Shown here piece after piece: positions 11,561-22,520 of a stretch of DNA of 64,000 bases (position 1 is the stretch's first letter; the number at the start of each line of letters is the position of its first letter). This DNA is from Histomonas meleagridis 2922-C6/04-290x (Eukaryota > Protista > Parabasalia). The stretch covers positions 124,001 to 188,000 of the forward strand of contig JAANOX010000061.1 in the NCBI GenBank assembly GCA_020184695.1, read 5' to 3'. The position numbers were made by a program, and so were the translations under genes. The notes below the pieces were generated by a model, which saw nothing but the letters and a program-made list of their open reading frames with translations, did no database searches and was not told the DNA's origin.

Positions 11561-14500
11561 ATGTCCGAAGGAATATGCCAACAAATTATAATATCATTAT
11601 TAAAAGAAATTAAAAAAGACCTCCGCACGACGGAAGATACAAATGATGATATTCAAGCATTTTCCGCTGCAAGTTGGTTAGAATCACCAAGTCGAAATTA
11701 CTTTCAAACCATGGAAAAAATCATGAAAATCAATCAAAACTCAGTTGTGTTATTTCTTTTAAGGAAAGTTAAGAAATGGTTTCAAAAATATGATCCACAT
11801 GAAGAAAAAATAGTTAAACCCATTTTACCCAAACAAATTCTTATAGCAAATGAATTTATTTTAAATTCCGGTGGTCTTGAAATTAATCCAGAAGTCGATG
11901 ACATCACACAATCACTTACATTAAATTTAAATTTCCGAGATCATTTTGGTGATGCAGAAACGCCGTTAATTGAATCCACCAAGAAAGTCCTTAGACTTTT
12001 AGTTGAACTTGGTTCTAATCCCATTCTCAAATTCGACGTTGAATCTGATACCAATAAATTGATGAAATTATTTTCTTATTTAAATTATACGACATCCACA
12101 TTCCGATCCATTCTTGAAATATCCAACCAATTAATTCCTAATATTCAACCAGAACGTCGAACACGATTTGTCAAATATCTTCATCGATCATTAACAGTAT
12201 TTTTCATGTCTCATCCTGATTTACATTCAAAACTTATACAAAATGGATGTATTGAAGCACAAAAAGTATATTACTCATTATGTAATTGGAAATTTTCACA
12301 TGAATATTGTTGTTTATTTGGAGCTTTAATACCAATGTGTTCCATTACATTACAATCAAATACTACTTCCAATGATTATCATCAATTAAACACCATATTA
12401 AATTTAATGAGTCAAATCAAACAGAAAAAAGATTATTTAAAGAATTCTGTTGCATATGGAATCATAGAAATATTAAATGCAATTGTATTAATTGATAAAG
12501 AAGAGTTATATCGATATAAATATATCACCGAATTCTTAGGGAAAATTCAACAAAAATTTAATTCTCAATTTTTCACATATAAAAAATCGAAAATATCGAA
12601 AGACGAAGAATTTTTAAATGAGATATTACCAAGATATGCGACATTAGAATATTGGCAAAACATGAATCGAGAAAATCAATCAGAAAGTAAGTCATTTAAT
12701 TATTTAATTAATGTAGCTAAAGAACCAATTGGATATTTAAGTTATTCCAAGTTTTTAAGTAATTTAATTTTAGGATATCCGAAGAAACTTGAAAACATTC
12801 ATCGAATACCAATAAGTTTTGTTGTAGAATTAACAAATAAATATCAAAAGGCAATGGTACATATTCAAACACGTAATGTTAATGATGAACCGAACTTTAA
12901 AACATTTTCGAAGTTTATAACATATATAACAAATTTTTTAGTGATTGATAATATAAAATATTCTAAAAGTTGCATAGAATATATACAAAATTTAATTGAT
13001 ATTAATAATCAAGAAATTAATATCCAATTAAATATATTCACACAAGCGAATAATCGATTTGATCAATTTTGCCGAATATTAAATGCATTAATAACTATAT
13101 ATATTCAACAATATTTAAAATATTCTGATGATATTTTAACATTTATTCGATATTTCACTACATTTTCACCTATTTGGGAGAAATATTTACAAAATTTAAA
13201 GGGAAAAGAAATAGTTCAAACGTTAATAGAGATAACTATTAATTTTAAAGAACAAACAGAAAAAGCAATTTCAATATTATCACCATCGATTAGTGTATTA
13301 CCATTTTTATTTTATCGATTATTAAAATGGATATTTCAAATTTTAGATTATAAGAATATTCATGATGAACTTGATGATGAATTTATTAAATCACTTGAAA
13401 TTGTATCAATTTATCTTAATTTCATCTCAAATGATAAAATTTTAGGATATATTTCAAAGTTATTAAAAAAGAATTTACAAAAATTTAATATAAATTATAT
13501 ATATGGATTTCCATTAAATATTACTGAAATTAAATTAACAGATGAAATATTATTATATTCAATTAAATATATCTTTTTACAATGGATGAAATTTATTAAT
13601 CATAAAATACAAAAAGAAAGTTTAACATTAATTGATAATAATAAAAAAGAATTTATATATCATTATTCACATAAAAGAGTATCGATAATGACGAAATATT
13701 TATGTAAATATATATATTTCTTAAAGTTAACACCAATGCCAGGACAAGATAATAAACCAATTGAATATAATTTCATATTATTAAATTTGAAATATTTAAA
13801 TAATTTAACATTTAAAGATGAATTAATGGTCAAATCATTTAAATATTTAAATACAAATTCATATCAAAAGTTATTCCAAATATCTAAAGAAGAAATTATT
13901 AATAAATATAAAAAACTTGAATTCGATAAATCATTATATTGGATTAATGTTATTGAATTATTTGCATGTTTATTAGATTCTAAACAAATTAATGATGAAA
14001 ATGATATTAATATAATGGAAGAATTAATGAATATTTTTGTTTCATTAATACAATTTAATGCATTTTCTAATGGTAATGAAAAGAATTTATTAGATTCTAT
14101 TTGTCATTTATTAACTTCATTTTATTCATTAAATATTAAAAAGAATATAAACATACAAAAATCTATAATTACTACATTAATTGAAGCTTCATTAAATTAT
14201 AAAATTAAAAATCCAATTGATGTTACAGAAACTATTGGTGAAATATTACCAATTTTATTTAATGATTTTCATTATGATTTAACTTTAATATATAAAAATA
14301 TATCAGAATTAAACTCAAAAGAAAAATCATTTTCATTTTTTAATTATGTATTATCATCATTTAATATAATAATACAATATGTAAATAAAAGTCATTATAT
14401 TAAAAACATACAAAAATCAATTAATAATATATTAATTAATAATATTGATAATGTATTAAATTTATATATAACATTTATTCATAAATCGAATCATTTATTT

Positions 14501-17500
14501 AAAGTATTATTAATTGAATCTTTATGTTTATTATTTAACACTAAATTCCATTCTATTTCTAAAAGAAAAGTTCATAAAAGATCAAAAAGGAATTTAATAC
14601 ATTTACCAGCGTTTGATATACAATCAAATAGTAGTAATAATGAAATTCATCAACCTCAAAGTGAACGTTCTACTAAACGTCGATTCTTTTCAAGATTTAA
14701 TAAAACTACTTCAAGTCGAAATACAAGTAGTGTTAAAATATCAGAAGTATCATCTTTATCGGCTTTACCTATTTTAACATCATCGGATAACTTTGTAAAT
14801 AATTTTAATTTATCATTAAAACGATCTGAATCAATATATAAGAAATTCCATACATTAAATATTAATAATAAAATCCAACAAATTAATATCAATTTTAAAG
14901 AAAATGTTTATGATATAATAACAAAGAATAACTTCAAAATGTTTCGAAAACCAATTTTAAATATCGAATTAATACGTGCAGGTATTTCATGTTGTATTAA
15001 TTATCATATTCATGATAAATTATTCGAATATATGACAAATAAATATAAAAAGAATTTAATAAGTTTAAAAGAAGTTAATCGATTTTCAATATTTTATATT
15101 GCATGGTTTAAACAAATTATTAATGATTGGTCAATTGAAGATTTTATAGTATTAGCTAAAGTCTCACGAATTCATGATTTTATATCAATGATTCAACCAT
15201 CGATAAGTTTTATATATTATATTAAATTATTTTATAAAATTATTAAAGATAAAAATATATTAAATGAATTAGTTATTGAATGTTTCTTTAAACAAATATT
15301 AAAAGATCCAGTATCTTATGGTAAAGCTATTGATATTAAAAAAATGGGATTTAAAATCGATGAATTTATTGAATGCTTAAAAACAAATAAAGAATATTTA
15401 GAATTCATTAATTCATTGTTATATTCAATAAGTTATTATCCTTTATTAATTAGTCAAACATTTCGAAAAGATAAAGAAATTATTTTAAAATATTTAAGTA
15501 ATAAACCACCAAATATTGGAATAATACATAAAGTTAAAAATCCAATTACTAAAGAAGTTCGAACATTTTCAGAAATGAATATCATCAATAAATTAAAATT
15601 AAAATCATTAAATTGGATTATATATATTGGTAAAAATGATAATATTAAATCATATTATATTAAACCTAAATTAATACCTGATTTAGATTTTAATATTAAT
15701 TTATATCATTTTTGTCAACATTTCTCTAAAAATAAATTAATCGAATTATTTATAGATGCATCTGAAGATTTCCATCAAAGTAAAGAAGAAATAAATACAA
15801 TTATTAAACTTTTACCTTTTTCATTTACTTCACGAATCCAAAAAATTACATTATTAAATCCATCTAATAAATTTATCAATGAATTAAAAGAAATTATTGT
15901 TGATTATGATACATCTAAAATTAATTTTGAACTTGATACTAATTATACATTTGATATTGATGATTTTAATAATATTTATGATCATAGAGGTTATTTCGAA
16001 GTAAATTCTAATTCATTATTATATATACGAAATAATTCATTTGTTTTAAGTAAGCCAATTAAATTTTATGATAAAGAAATTAAAGTTACACAAATTATTA
16101 ATAATATTTCTTCAATTAATTTAGTCGAAAATAAAGTTATCTTTAAAGATATTAATAATGATAATATATGTGAATTAAATACTAAATCTTTTAGAGAAAT
16201 TAAAAATTCATTTGAAGCAATGAGAAATAAATTTGAAATTGAACATTTATTATTAAACTTTGATGAAGTAGAAAATAATATATCAAATAATTATATTGCT
16301 GAATTAATTGGACTTACAATAATTTTAATGTCATCAAACATTAATTTCTTATATAATCCATCATTACAATTATATGAATCAATAATTAATAAAATTAATA
16401 ATAATAAATCCGAAATTAATAACTCTGATATTTATACATTTACTAATTTATCAAAGAATTTAAATACAATTTTTAATGAAATTAAAGAATTAGAAATATT
16501 TGATGATATTGTAATAGTTATTTCGAATTATATTAAAAAATTATTTTCAAATGATTCATTAACTAAAAGTAATATTCAAATATTTTCAAATTTAATGCCA
16601 TTATTTGTAATTTTTATTAATTCATGTAAAAATAAATGTTATATAAATCATTTCTTAAATATAATTTTCCCATTTTTACAAAATGATGATATATTATCTA
16701 TAATTGAATATCCATTTTGGAATAAAATCCAATCGAAAATTGCAATAAAATTAATATTTCAATATTTGTTTTCATGTAATTATAATATTATAATCTTAAG
16801 ACGAATAATGCAAGCATTAATAGATCATTCAGCAAGTAATTTATTTGGTAAAATTTTAATATTTCATTTCTTAGATGGTAATATTCGACGGAAATCATTT
16901 AATTCCGAAATTACATTTGAAAAAATCTTTTCAATCATTGTATCATTACCATTTATATCAACCAATTTTATAATTCCTAATTTATTAAACATATTATTTT
17001 ATTTAGTAATTGCTTTAACACATTCTACATCTAAAACCACAAAAAACATAAAAATATTTTTAACAACTATTTTAGAATCATTAAATGCTAATGATTTAAT
17101 AATAGAATTTGATACAATAATCGAAAATCAATATTTTTCATCATTTGATTTAATCGAATTTTTCGAAAAGATTTCATTATTTAATGGAAAGAATTCACAT
17201 GAAGAATTCTTACGATTAATGATTGAAGATAAACCTGATGATAATCAAGAAACATGGTATATTAAATCAGCATTTGCAGCACAACATAATATAATTAAAC
17301 CAGAATTAGCACAAAAATATATTGATATATTACCATCTTTAATGATATCAGAGTTTGGAGAACGTGAATTAATTATTGCATTTATAATATTATCGAAATC
17401 AATTAATACAATTATTGAACCTAACAAAATATTTATATTATTTTGGACAACTTTATTATCATCAAATCATTCGAATTATTCAATACGTAAATCTGCAATA

Positions 17501-18256
17501 AGTTTATTAACTCAAATAATTGAAACTTCATTAATAAATATCGATTTTTCACAACTAAAAAATTCAGGTAATTTAACTTCAGGTGTTAAAGCATATGCTG
17601 AATCACTTAATATTGATTTCGTTTCAAGATTTCCTTTCGCGTTTTTGGTTGCATTAACAAAAGCACTTGAAATGGAAGATACGCGGAATTTAGTTCTCGA
17701 ATTATTTAGTATTTGTATCCAACAATTAATTGATCAGCCATTAATTATCTCGATTTATGTTTTGCCGTTTGTGGTATATGCACGTGATAATTATAAATGG
17801 ATTTTAAGACTAAAGTTTAAGGAGTTCAAACCGAACAATTTCCCTGAATTAATATTTTATAATTTCGCTGAAAGAACTGCTGAGGAAAAAGTTGAGATGA
17901 TTACATATATAGGAAATAGCTTTTGTGAATGTTCTTTCGGACCTAAATTTGATGAAATCGCGGAATGTATTATATATGGATTAAAACATTTCCTAAGCGA
18001 TTTCGCTGTGATTAAAGAAAGAATAGAAAATATGTGCTGGAAAATGATTAAAGATGCACAAGATCAGGCATCAACTGAAATGTTGGCTGAAATAGTCGCA
18101 GGATTGTTGTGCGTAGAGGGATGCGAAGGAATGTCAGTGAAGACGCAGTACCAAGAGTCTGATGACGTGCTAATGACAGAAATATTCGCGTGCTTGAACT
18201 GCTTTGCGGAGACAACAACAGAAAAACATGAAAGAAATAGGAGAATGCGTAAATAA
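11561..18256 (+). CDS. Giant 2231-aa protein with a neurofibromin/Ira-like C-terminal HEAT region
   Basis: Uninterrupted 6.7-kb ORF. LFWTTLLSSNHSNYSIRKSAISLLTQII and LNIDFVSRFPFAFLVALTKAL resemble NF1 C-terminal segments. No RasGAP motif recognised by eye. Confidence 0.5.
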   Translation: MSEGICQQIIISLLKEIKKDLRTTEDTNDDIQAFSAASWLESPSRNYFQTMEKIMKINQNSVVLFLLRKVKKWFQKYDPHEEKIVKPILPKQILIANEFILNSGGLEINPEVDDITQSLTLNLNFRDHFGDAETPLIESTKKVLRLLVELGSNPILKFDVESDTNKLMKLFSYLNYTTSTFRSILEISNQLIPNIQPERRTRFVKYLHRSLTVFFMSHPDLHSKLIQNGCIEAQKVYYSLCNWKFSHEYCCLFGALIPMCSITLQSNTTSNDYHQLNTILNLMSQIKQKKDYLKNSVAYGIIEILNAIVLIDKEELYRYKYITEFLGKIQQKFNSQFFTYKKSKISKDEEFLNEILPRYATLEYWQNMNRENQSESKSFNYLINVAKEPIGYLSYSKFLSNLILGYPKKLENIHRIPISFVVELTNKYQKAMVHIQTRNVNDEPNFKTFSKFITYITNFLVIDNIKYSKSCIEYIQNLIDINNQEINIQLNIFTQANNRFDQFCRILNALITIYIQQYLKYSDDILTFIRYFTTFSPIWEKYLQNLKGKEIVQTLIEITINFKEQTEKAISILSPSISVLPFLFYRLLKWIFQILDYKNIHDELDDEFIKSLEIVSIYLNFISNDKILGYISKLLKKNLQKFNINYIYGFPLNITEIKLTDEILLYSIKYIFLQWMKFINHKIQKESLTLIDNNKKEFIYHYSHKRVSIMTKYLCKYIYFLKLTPMPGQDNKPIEYNFILLNLKYLNNLTFKDELMVKSFKYLNTNSYQKLFQISKEEIINKYKKLEFDKSLYWINVIELFACLLDSKQINDENDINIMEELMNIFVSLIQFNAFSNGNEKNLLDSICHLLTSFYSLNIKKNINIQKSIITTLIEASLNYKIKNPIDVTETIGEILPILFNDFHYDLTLIYKNISELNSKEKSFSFFNYVLSSFNIIIQYVNKSHYIKNIQKSINNILINNIDNVLNLYITFIHKSNHLFKVLLIESLCLLFNTKFHSISKRKVHKRSKRNLIHLPAFDIQSNSSNNEIHQPQSERSTKRRFFSRFNKTTSSRNTSSVKISEVSSLSALPILTSSDNFVNNFNLSLKRSESIYKKFHTLNINNKIQQININFKENVYDIITKNNFKMFRKPILNIELIRAGISCCINYHIHDKLFEYMTNKYKKNLISLKEVNRFSIFYIAWFKQIINDWSIEDFIVLAKVSRIHDFISMIQPSISFIYYIKLFYKIIKDKNILNELVIECFFKQILKDPVSYGKAIDIKKMGFKIDEFIECLKTNKEYLEFINSLLYSISYYPLLISQTFRKDKEIILKYLSNKPPNIGIIHKVKNPITKEVRTFSEMNIINKLKLKSLNWIIYIGKNDNIKSYYIKPKLIPDLDFNINLYHFCQHFSKNKLIELFIDASEDFHQSKEEINTIIKLLPFSFTSRIQKITLLNPSNKFINELKEIIVDYDTSKINFELDTNYTFDIDDFNNIYDHRGYFEVNSNSLLYIRNNSFVLSKPIKFYDKEIKVTQIINNISSINLVENKVIFKDINNDNICELNTKSFREIKNSFEAMRNKFEIEHLLLNFDEVENNISNNYIAELIGLTIILMSSNINFLYNPSLQLYESIINKINNNKSEINNSDIYTFTNLSKNLNTIFNEIKELEIFDDIVIVISNYIKKLFSNDSLTKSNIQIFSNLMPLFVIFINSCKNKCYINHFLNIIFPFLQNDDILSIIEYPFWNKIQSKIAIKLIFQYLFSCNYNIIILRRIMQALIDHSASNLFGKILIFHFLDGNIRRKSFNSEITFEKIFSIIVSLPFISTNFIIPNLLNILFYLVIALTHSTSKTTKNIKIFLTTILESLNANDLIIEFDTIIENQYFSSFDLIEFFEKISLFNGKNSHEEFLRLMIEDKPDDNQETWYIKSAFAAQHNIIKPELAQKYIDILPSLMISEFGERELIIAFIILSKSINTIIEPNKIFILFWTTLLSSNHSNYSIRKSAISLLTQIIETSLINIDFSQLKNSGNLTSGVKAYAESLNIDFVSRFPFAFLVALTKALEMEDTRNLVLELFSICIQQLIDQPLIISIYVLPFVVYARDNYKWILRLKFKEFKPNNFPELIFYNFAERTAEEKVEMITYIGNSFCECSFGPKFDEIAECIIYGLKHFLSDFAVIKERIENMCWKMIKDAQDQASTEMLAEIVAGLLCVEGCEGMSVKTQYQESDDVLMTEIFACLNCFAETTTEKHERNRRMRK

Positions 18257-18967
18257 AAATTTTATTTTTTTTTTAACTTGACGAATGAAAAATACTGAAA
18301 TTTTTTTCTTTGTGATAATACATCCACTTTTTTGAATGTGCTAAATAACAGATTCATTTGGTTAACTAATAATTAATAAGAAGCTTTTGATACGAAATTG
18401 TAGAAATAATTAAATTTGATTTTTCAATTGACGTTTAAAAATTGGCAAATTCACGAGGATTATCGTCTAACCTTTTGAATGCAAAATATATCAAAACCGT
18501 TGAACCTCTCAGAAATTAATTTTCAAAAAATGCAAATATCCAGCAATTATTCTAATTTTTTCCTGAATATTTCATATATATTACTATAAATGTTATTTGT
18601 AATATAATCATATAATAAGAAATCAATTAAATATGTAAATATGAAGATATGAATTACGTTGTAAAAATTCGATACCAAATTCTAAGCGTAAAACGGTTAA
18701 AATGATATCAAAAGATTAGGGCGCCTCAAAGTTCTGACGGTTGAAGAAATGGGCAAAAAAAAGAATGGAATATTTTTATAATGAAGAAAACCAGAATTTA
18801 AACTCCATAACCCCAATTCCATGATTGGGGAATAAAAATTTTTTAATTGCATTTAAGGGATTTTGTTTATGCTTAAAGGGAAAATGTGTTTTTCGTGTAA
18901 AAAAATTGAATGATAAGTCGGTTTTTATTTTTGAAAAAGTTCCAGTTGAAAGTGACAAACAGAAGCT

Positions 18968-21900
18968 ATGGAACTTTTCTCGTCAATTATATGTTCACTT
19001 AGTGGCGGTCTCCTTTTCATGAACAGATTTATTGTCACTTTCATTCGGCTATTCTTTTATATTGGGTTTATTGTTTATTTCGAACTCATGTTATATTTAA
19101 AACCATCAAGAACAGTTACACTCATAGTTTCAGCTATTATTGCCGTAGTAATTTTTGTTATCAAGTTTATTCTTTGGTTCATTCATTTTATTGCAAATAA
19201 AACATTTGAATTGACAGGATCAACAGAATCTGGCGAAGATAGGCCATCAGAAATTCCGGATGAAATATGGAGTTTACGAAAAAGCCTTGTCAAAGAATTA
19301 AATAAGCCATCTTTAGATGCAATTGTTAATGATTGCATTTCATCTGGTATAGATGTTGAACAGTTATTACATTTTATTGATGAACTTAATGCTGGAAGAT
19401 ATCTTGATGTTAGTACAAGATTAGAGCAAGAAAATGAATCATATAATGTTATTTCAGTATGTGGTAAACTTATCCATGTACCATTTTCACGTGAAGATGT
19501 TAATATTCTTTTCCCTTCAGACTTTACATTACCATCTGCAATTTTCGCGACAATTTTTGCCTTTGTTTCTTCTGTTTTAGCAACCTTTTTATCAGATCAA
19601 ATGCTTGCACGTGAAAAATGGTGGATTGCAGTCGTATGTGCCTTTGGATTTTATTCTATTCTTCAATGGCCTTCTACAGATCCATATATGACATCAGTAC
19701 CAGATTGTTGGAATTCTTCTGCAAGATCTTTAGCAGTTTCCATTGTTTGTGCCATCTGGTATGGAACTGTTGAATTAGAAAAGAGACATCCAACTCTTAC
19801 ATTACCTTTTTCATACTGGAGCATCAACATGACCGCAGTCGCTCCATACATTGACATGGTGTGCCGATACGGATTGATGTTGATGCCGTTTTGGTTTATT
19901 CTTGGTTATTTCGGGCACCCCGTGACGGTTATTGTAACTATCGTCGAAGCATTTAACCGTTATGCGTTTGGTCAAAATGGTGTTAGTGGATTATTAAGTA
20001 TGATAGTTCAATTCCTTCGAGGTAGTATAACAGTTGTAGCCATTAGTTTATTACTTCATTATTCTAAATCGGAATATAACTTATGTATAGCATTAACTAT
20101 CGCAACATTTATGGCAAATTTACCATTACATAAAGCAGGGTCAGTAAGTATAATTTATATGATCTTCTTACCAATTATAGCAACAGGGTTAACCTTTGTA
20201 ATGGCATATGTTGTCGTGTTCCATTGGAAGAATTCATGGGAAATAGTTAAATGGTTATCATTTGGATGGTTCATATTGATTGATGTCTTAATCCCAATAC
20301 TTACATGTAATCATAAGTACTTTTTCTTCCATTTACGATTCTTTAGGACATTAATCATCGAGCCATTATTACGAGCAATTTCTTCATATGTAATTGCGCC
20401 ATTATTTATAGCTTCATGTTTACAGAATCAAGCAATTGACTATATATGTTTAGCATTTATAATCACACATGCAATACATAAGTCACAAAGTGAATCACAT
20501 GTATTCGCATTTGTTATTGCAATTTGTGTATTAACATTCGAAATTGAATTAGGTTTCACAAATAGAGCTATTAACCTCGCTTTAACACTTTTAATTGTTA
20601 CAAAATTTGAAGTGTTTTTGCCTCTTTTGGATTTGACTTATCATGCACGTGATCCAACTGATTTAGATGATGAAATGGAAGGGTTTGAATCATTACTGTT
20701 GAATATTTTGTTCGACTTGATTCAATCAATGCATTTTATAGATTTCTTGACAAAAATACCTTCTATGCTTTGGTCATTCTTTACTGGTTCTTCTTATACT
20801 GCGATATTCGGTTTGCCTTATTTTTTATTGCCGGCACCGTTAAGGCCGTATTACTTTTTCAATTGGCCGATGAGCGAAGATAGCGATTTGAAAGCTTTAC
20901 TCACAAAAGGTGCCGCTGAACATCCAGTCGAAACACCTGTGTACATTTCGGCATGTAGAGCTTTAACTGCTCATTTTGCAAACATATGTAAGCAAGGACG
21001 TTTGGGATTGGTCAATGCTGGTGATATATTCTTGTTTAAGTCAAGTGAATTAGCTGCATATGTACATGTAATTGCAATTGAACCAGACCGTTATAAGATT
21101 CAATTAAGAGGTCTTGAATACAATAACCAAACAAGTTGTCACAGAGGTGAAGCTCGAAGATTAGAAGAATTGATATCTAATTATGAAATGTTTCCAAACT
21201 TTGAAGCTTCAAAAATAGCGACACATTTCGTTGTTGATATCAGGGCTATGGGAGTTCCATTGGAAATGTATGATATTACGAAGACCAAACTTAATAGTGC
21301 ATTTGTTGGAGCAAGTGTTGCCACCGTCAAATTGTCATTTTTATATTCCTTTGCTCATATAATTTCCAAGAACCAAGGAATAGCATCCTCATTAAGTCCA
21401 TTTGAAACCACTGATCAAGAAATCTTACGTCAATCAGAAGAATACATTGAATTGTCCGCCAACAAATTACCAGCCATTTTTGAGCTTTATCACTTTGATT
21501 ATACACCCGAAGAATTCCGATTATATCAAAGCTTATGGACAATCATTGCCACATATATCTTTAACCAAAACGGAATTTTAAATTATATTACGTTGTTTGA
21601 TGGGTTCAAAGGTAATATCCAACTTAATGACGACTTTACATGGGTTTATAACTCATCAGATTTGATGACAATTATTCAACAGGTCATTCAATACGGAACA
21701 GGGTTTTGTTATATGGCCTCTGCTGGCATGTTTAACGACGAAAGTACACCAGAAGACATCTATGACTTCATTGAAGGATTTGAAGAAGAAAATGTCGTCA
21801 CTAATATGGACTCCGAATTATTCCACGACACGTTCATAGAGAACAAGAAGAAGATCATTTCATTGGAGAAGATTAATGGCGAAACTGTTGTCATGCGATT

Positions 21901-22168
21901 TGCTCTTGACCAAAAGAATTGGAATGTATATCAAATGAAACATGAATGGATGAGAGCTATTTATTCAAACGAAACTAAGAGTTTGATATTCTTCCAAAAC
22001 GATGATAGTGAGCGATTCTCTATCCAACATAACTCGCGTTTCTTCAATAATATGATAGTTCAGTCCTGTGATTTCCCAGTGGGGTACCCCGCGTACGTTA
22101 GTGAGATTTTGAGTTCAAATGTAAACTATTTGGAATTCAAGAAATATGAGGTGAGGAATGATGAATGA
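18968..22168 (+). CDS. Pecanex-like multi-pass membrane protein
   Basis: Many TM segments followed by pecanex C-terminal motifs (ETPVY...; RLGLVNAGDIFL; IQLRGLEYNNQTSCHRGE). Confidence 0.85.
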   Translation: MELFSSIICSLSGGLLFMNRFIVTFIRLFFYIGFIVYFELMLYLKPSRTVTLIVSAIIAVVIFVIKFILWFIHFIANKTFELTGSTESGEDRPSEIPDEIWSLRKSLVKELNKPSLDAIVNDCISSGIDVEQLLHFIDELNAGRYLDVSTRLEQENESYNVISVCGKLIHVPFSREDVNILFPSDFTLPSAIFATIFAFVSSVLATFLSDQMLAREKWWIAVVCAFGFYSILQWPSTDPYMTSVPDCWNSSARSLAVSIVCAIWYGTVELEKRHPTLTLPFSYWSINMTAVAPYIDMVCRYGLMLMPFWFILGYFGHPVTVIVTIVEAFNRYAFGQNGVSGLLSMIVQFLRGSITVVAISLLLHYSKSEYNLCIALTIATFMANLPLHKAGSVSIIYMIFLPIIATGLTFVMAYVVVFHWKNSWEIVKWLSFGWFILIDVLIPILTCNHKYFFFHLRFFRTLIIEPLLRAISSYVIAPLFIASCLQNQAIDYICLAFIITHAIHKSQSESHVFAFVIAICVLTFEIELGFTNRAINLALTLLIVTKFEVFLPLLDLTYHARDPTDLDDEMEGFESLLLNILFDLIQSMHFIDFLTKIPSMLWSFFTGSSYTAIFGLPYFLLPAPLRPYYFFNWPMSEDSDLKALLTKGAAEHPVETPVYISACRALTAHFANICKQGRLGLVNAGDIFLFKSSELAAYVHVIAIEPDRYKIQLRGLEYNNQTSCHRGEARRLEELISNYEMFPNFEASKIATHFVVDIRAMGVPLEMYDITKTKLNSAFVGASVATVKLSFLYSFAHIISKNQGIASSLSPFETTDQEILRQSEEYIELSANKLPAIFELYHFDYTPEEFRLYQSLWTIIATYIFNQNGILNYITLFDGFKGNIQLNDDFTWVYNSSDLMTIIQQVIQYGTGFCYMASAGMFNDESTPEDIYDFIEGFEEENVVTNMDSELFHDTFIENKKKIISLEKINGETVVMRFALDQKNWNVYQMKHEWMRAIYSNETKSLIFFQNDDSERFSIQHNSRFFNNMIVQSCDFPVGYPAYVSEILSSNVNYLEFKKYEVRNDE

Positions 22169-22322
22169 GTTATTTTTTGAACATATAAAGAAAATAAGTA
22201 AAATCGAATTTTATCTTTTTACAAATTTGTTCCGTATCGTTTTAAATGGAATTTCGGATAAATAAACGGTCGCCGTGTGCGGTAAATTCAAAATAAAATT
22301 CAAAAAAAAACTCTGTTTTGAA

Positions 22323-22475
22323 ACAGCAGCTCTTACAATAGCATCTGAATATGGGCAAACAGAAGTAGTTAAAGTTCTTTTAGAACAAAAAGGTATTGAT
22401 ATTAATAGTAGAGATATTATTTCAGATAATATTTTTTTTTGTTTTAATAATTTTATGTTTCAAAATAATTTATAA
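22323..22475 (+). pseudogene. Orphan ankyrin module with a partial 80-nt-type insert
   Basis: TAALTIASEYGQTEVVKVLLEQKGIDINSRD (22323-22415) is followed by ...ttttaataattttatgtttcaaaataat, matching the insert 5' arm. It lies between two convergent 3' ends and has no ATG start. Confidence 0.75.
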
Positions 22476-22520
22476 AATTAAATTCACAAAACGCAAAATT
22501 ATACAAAATGAAATATTTTA

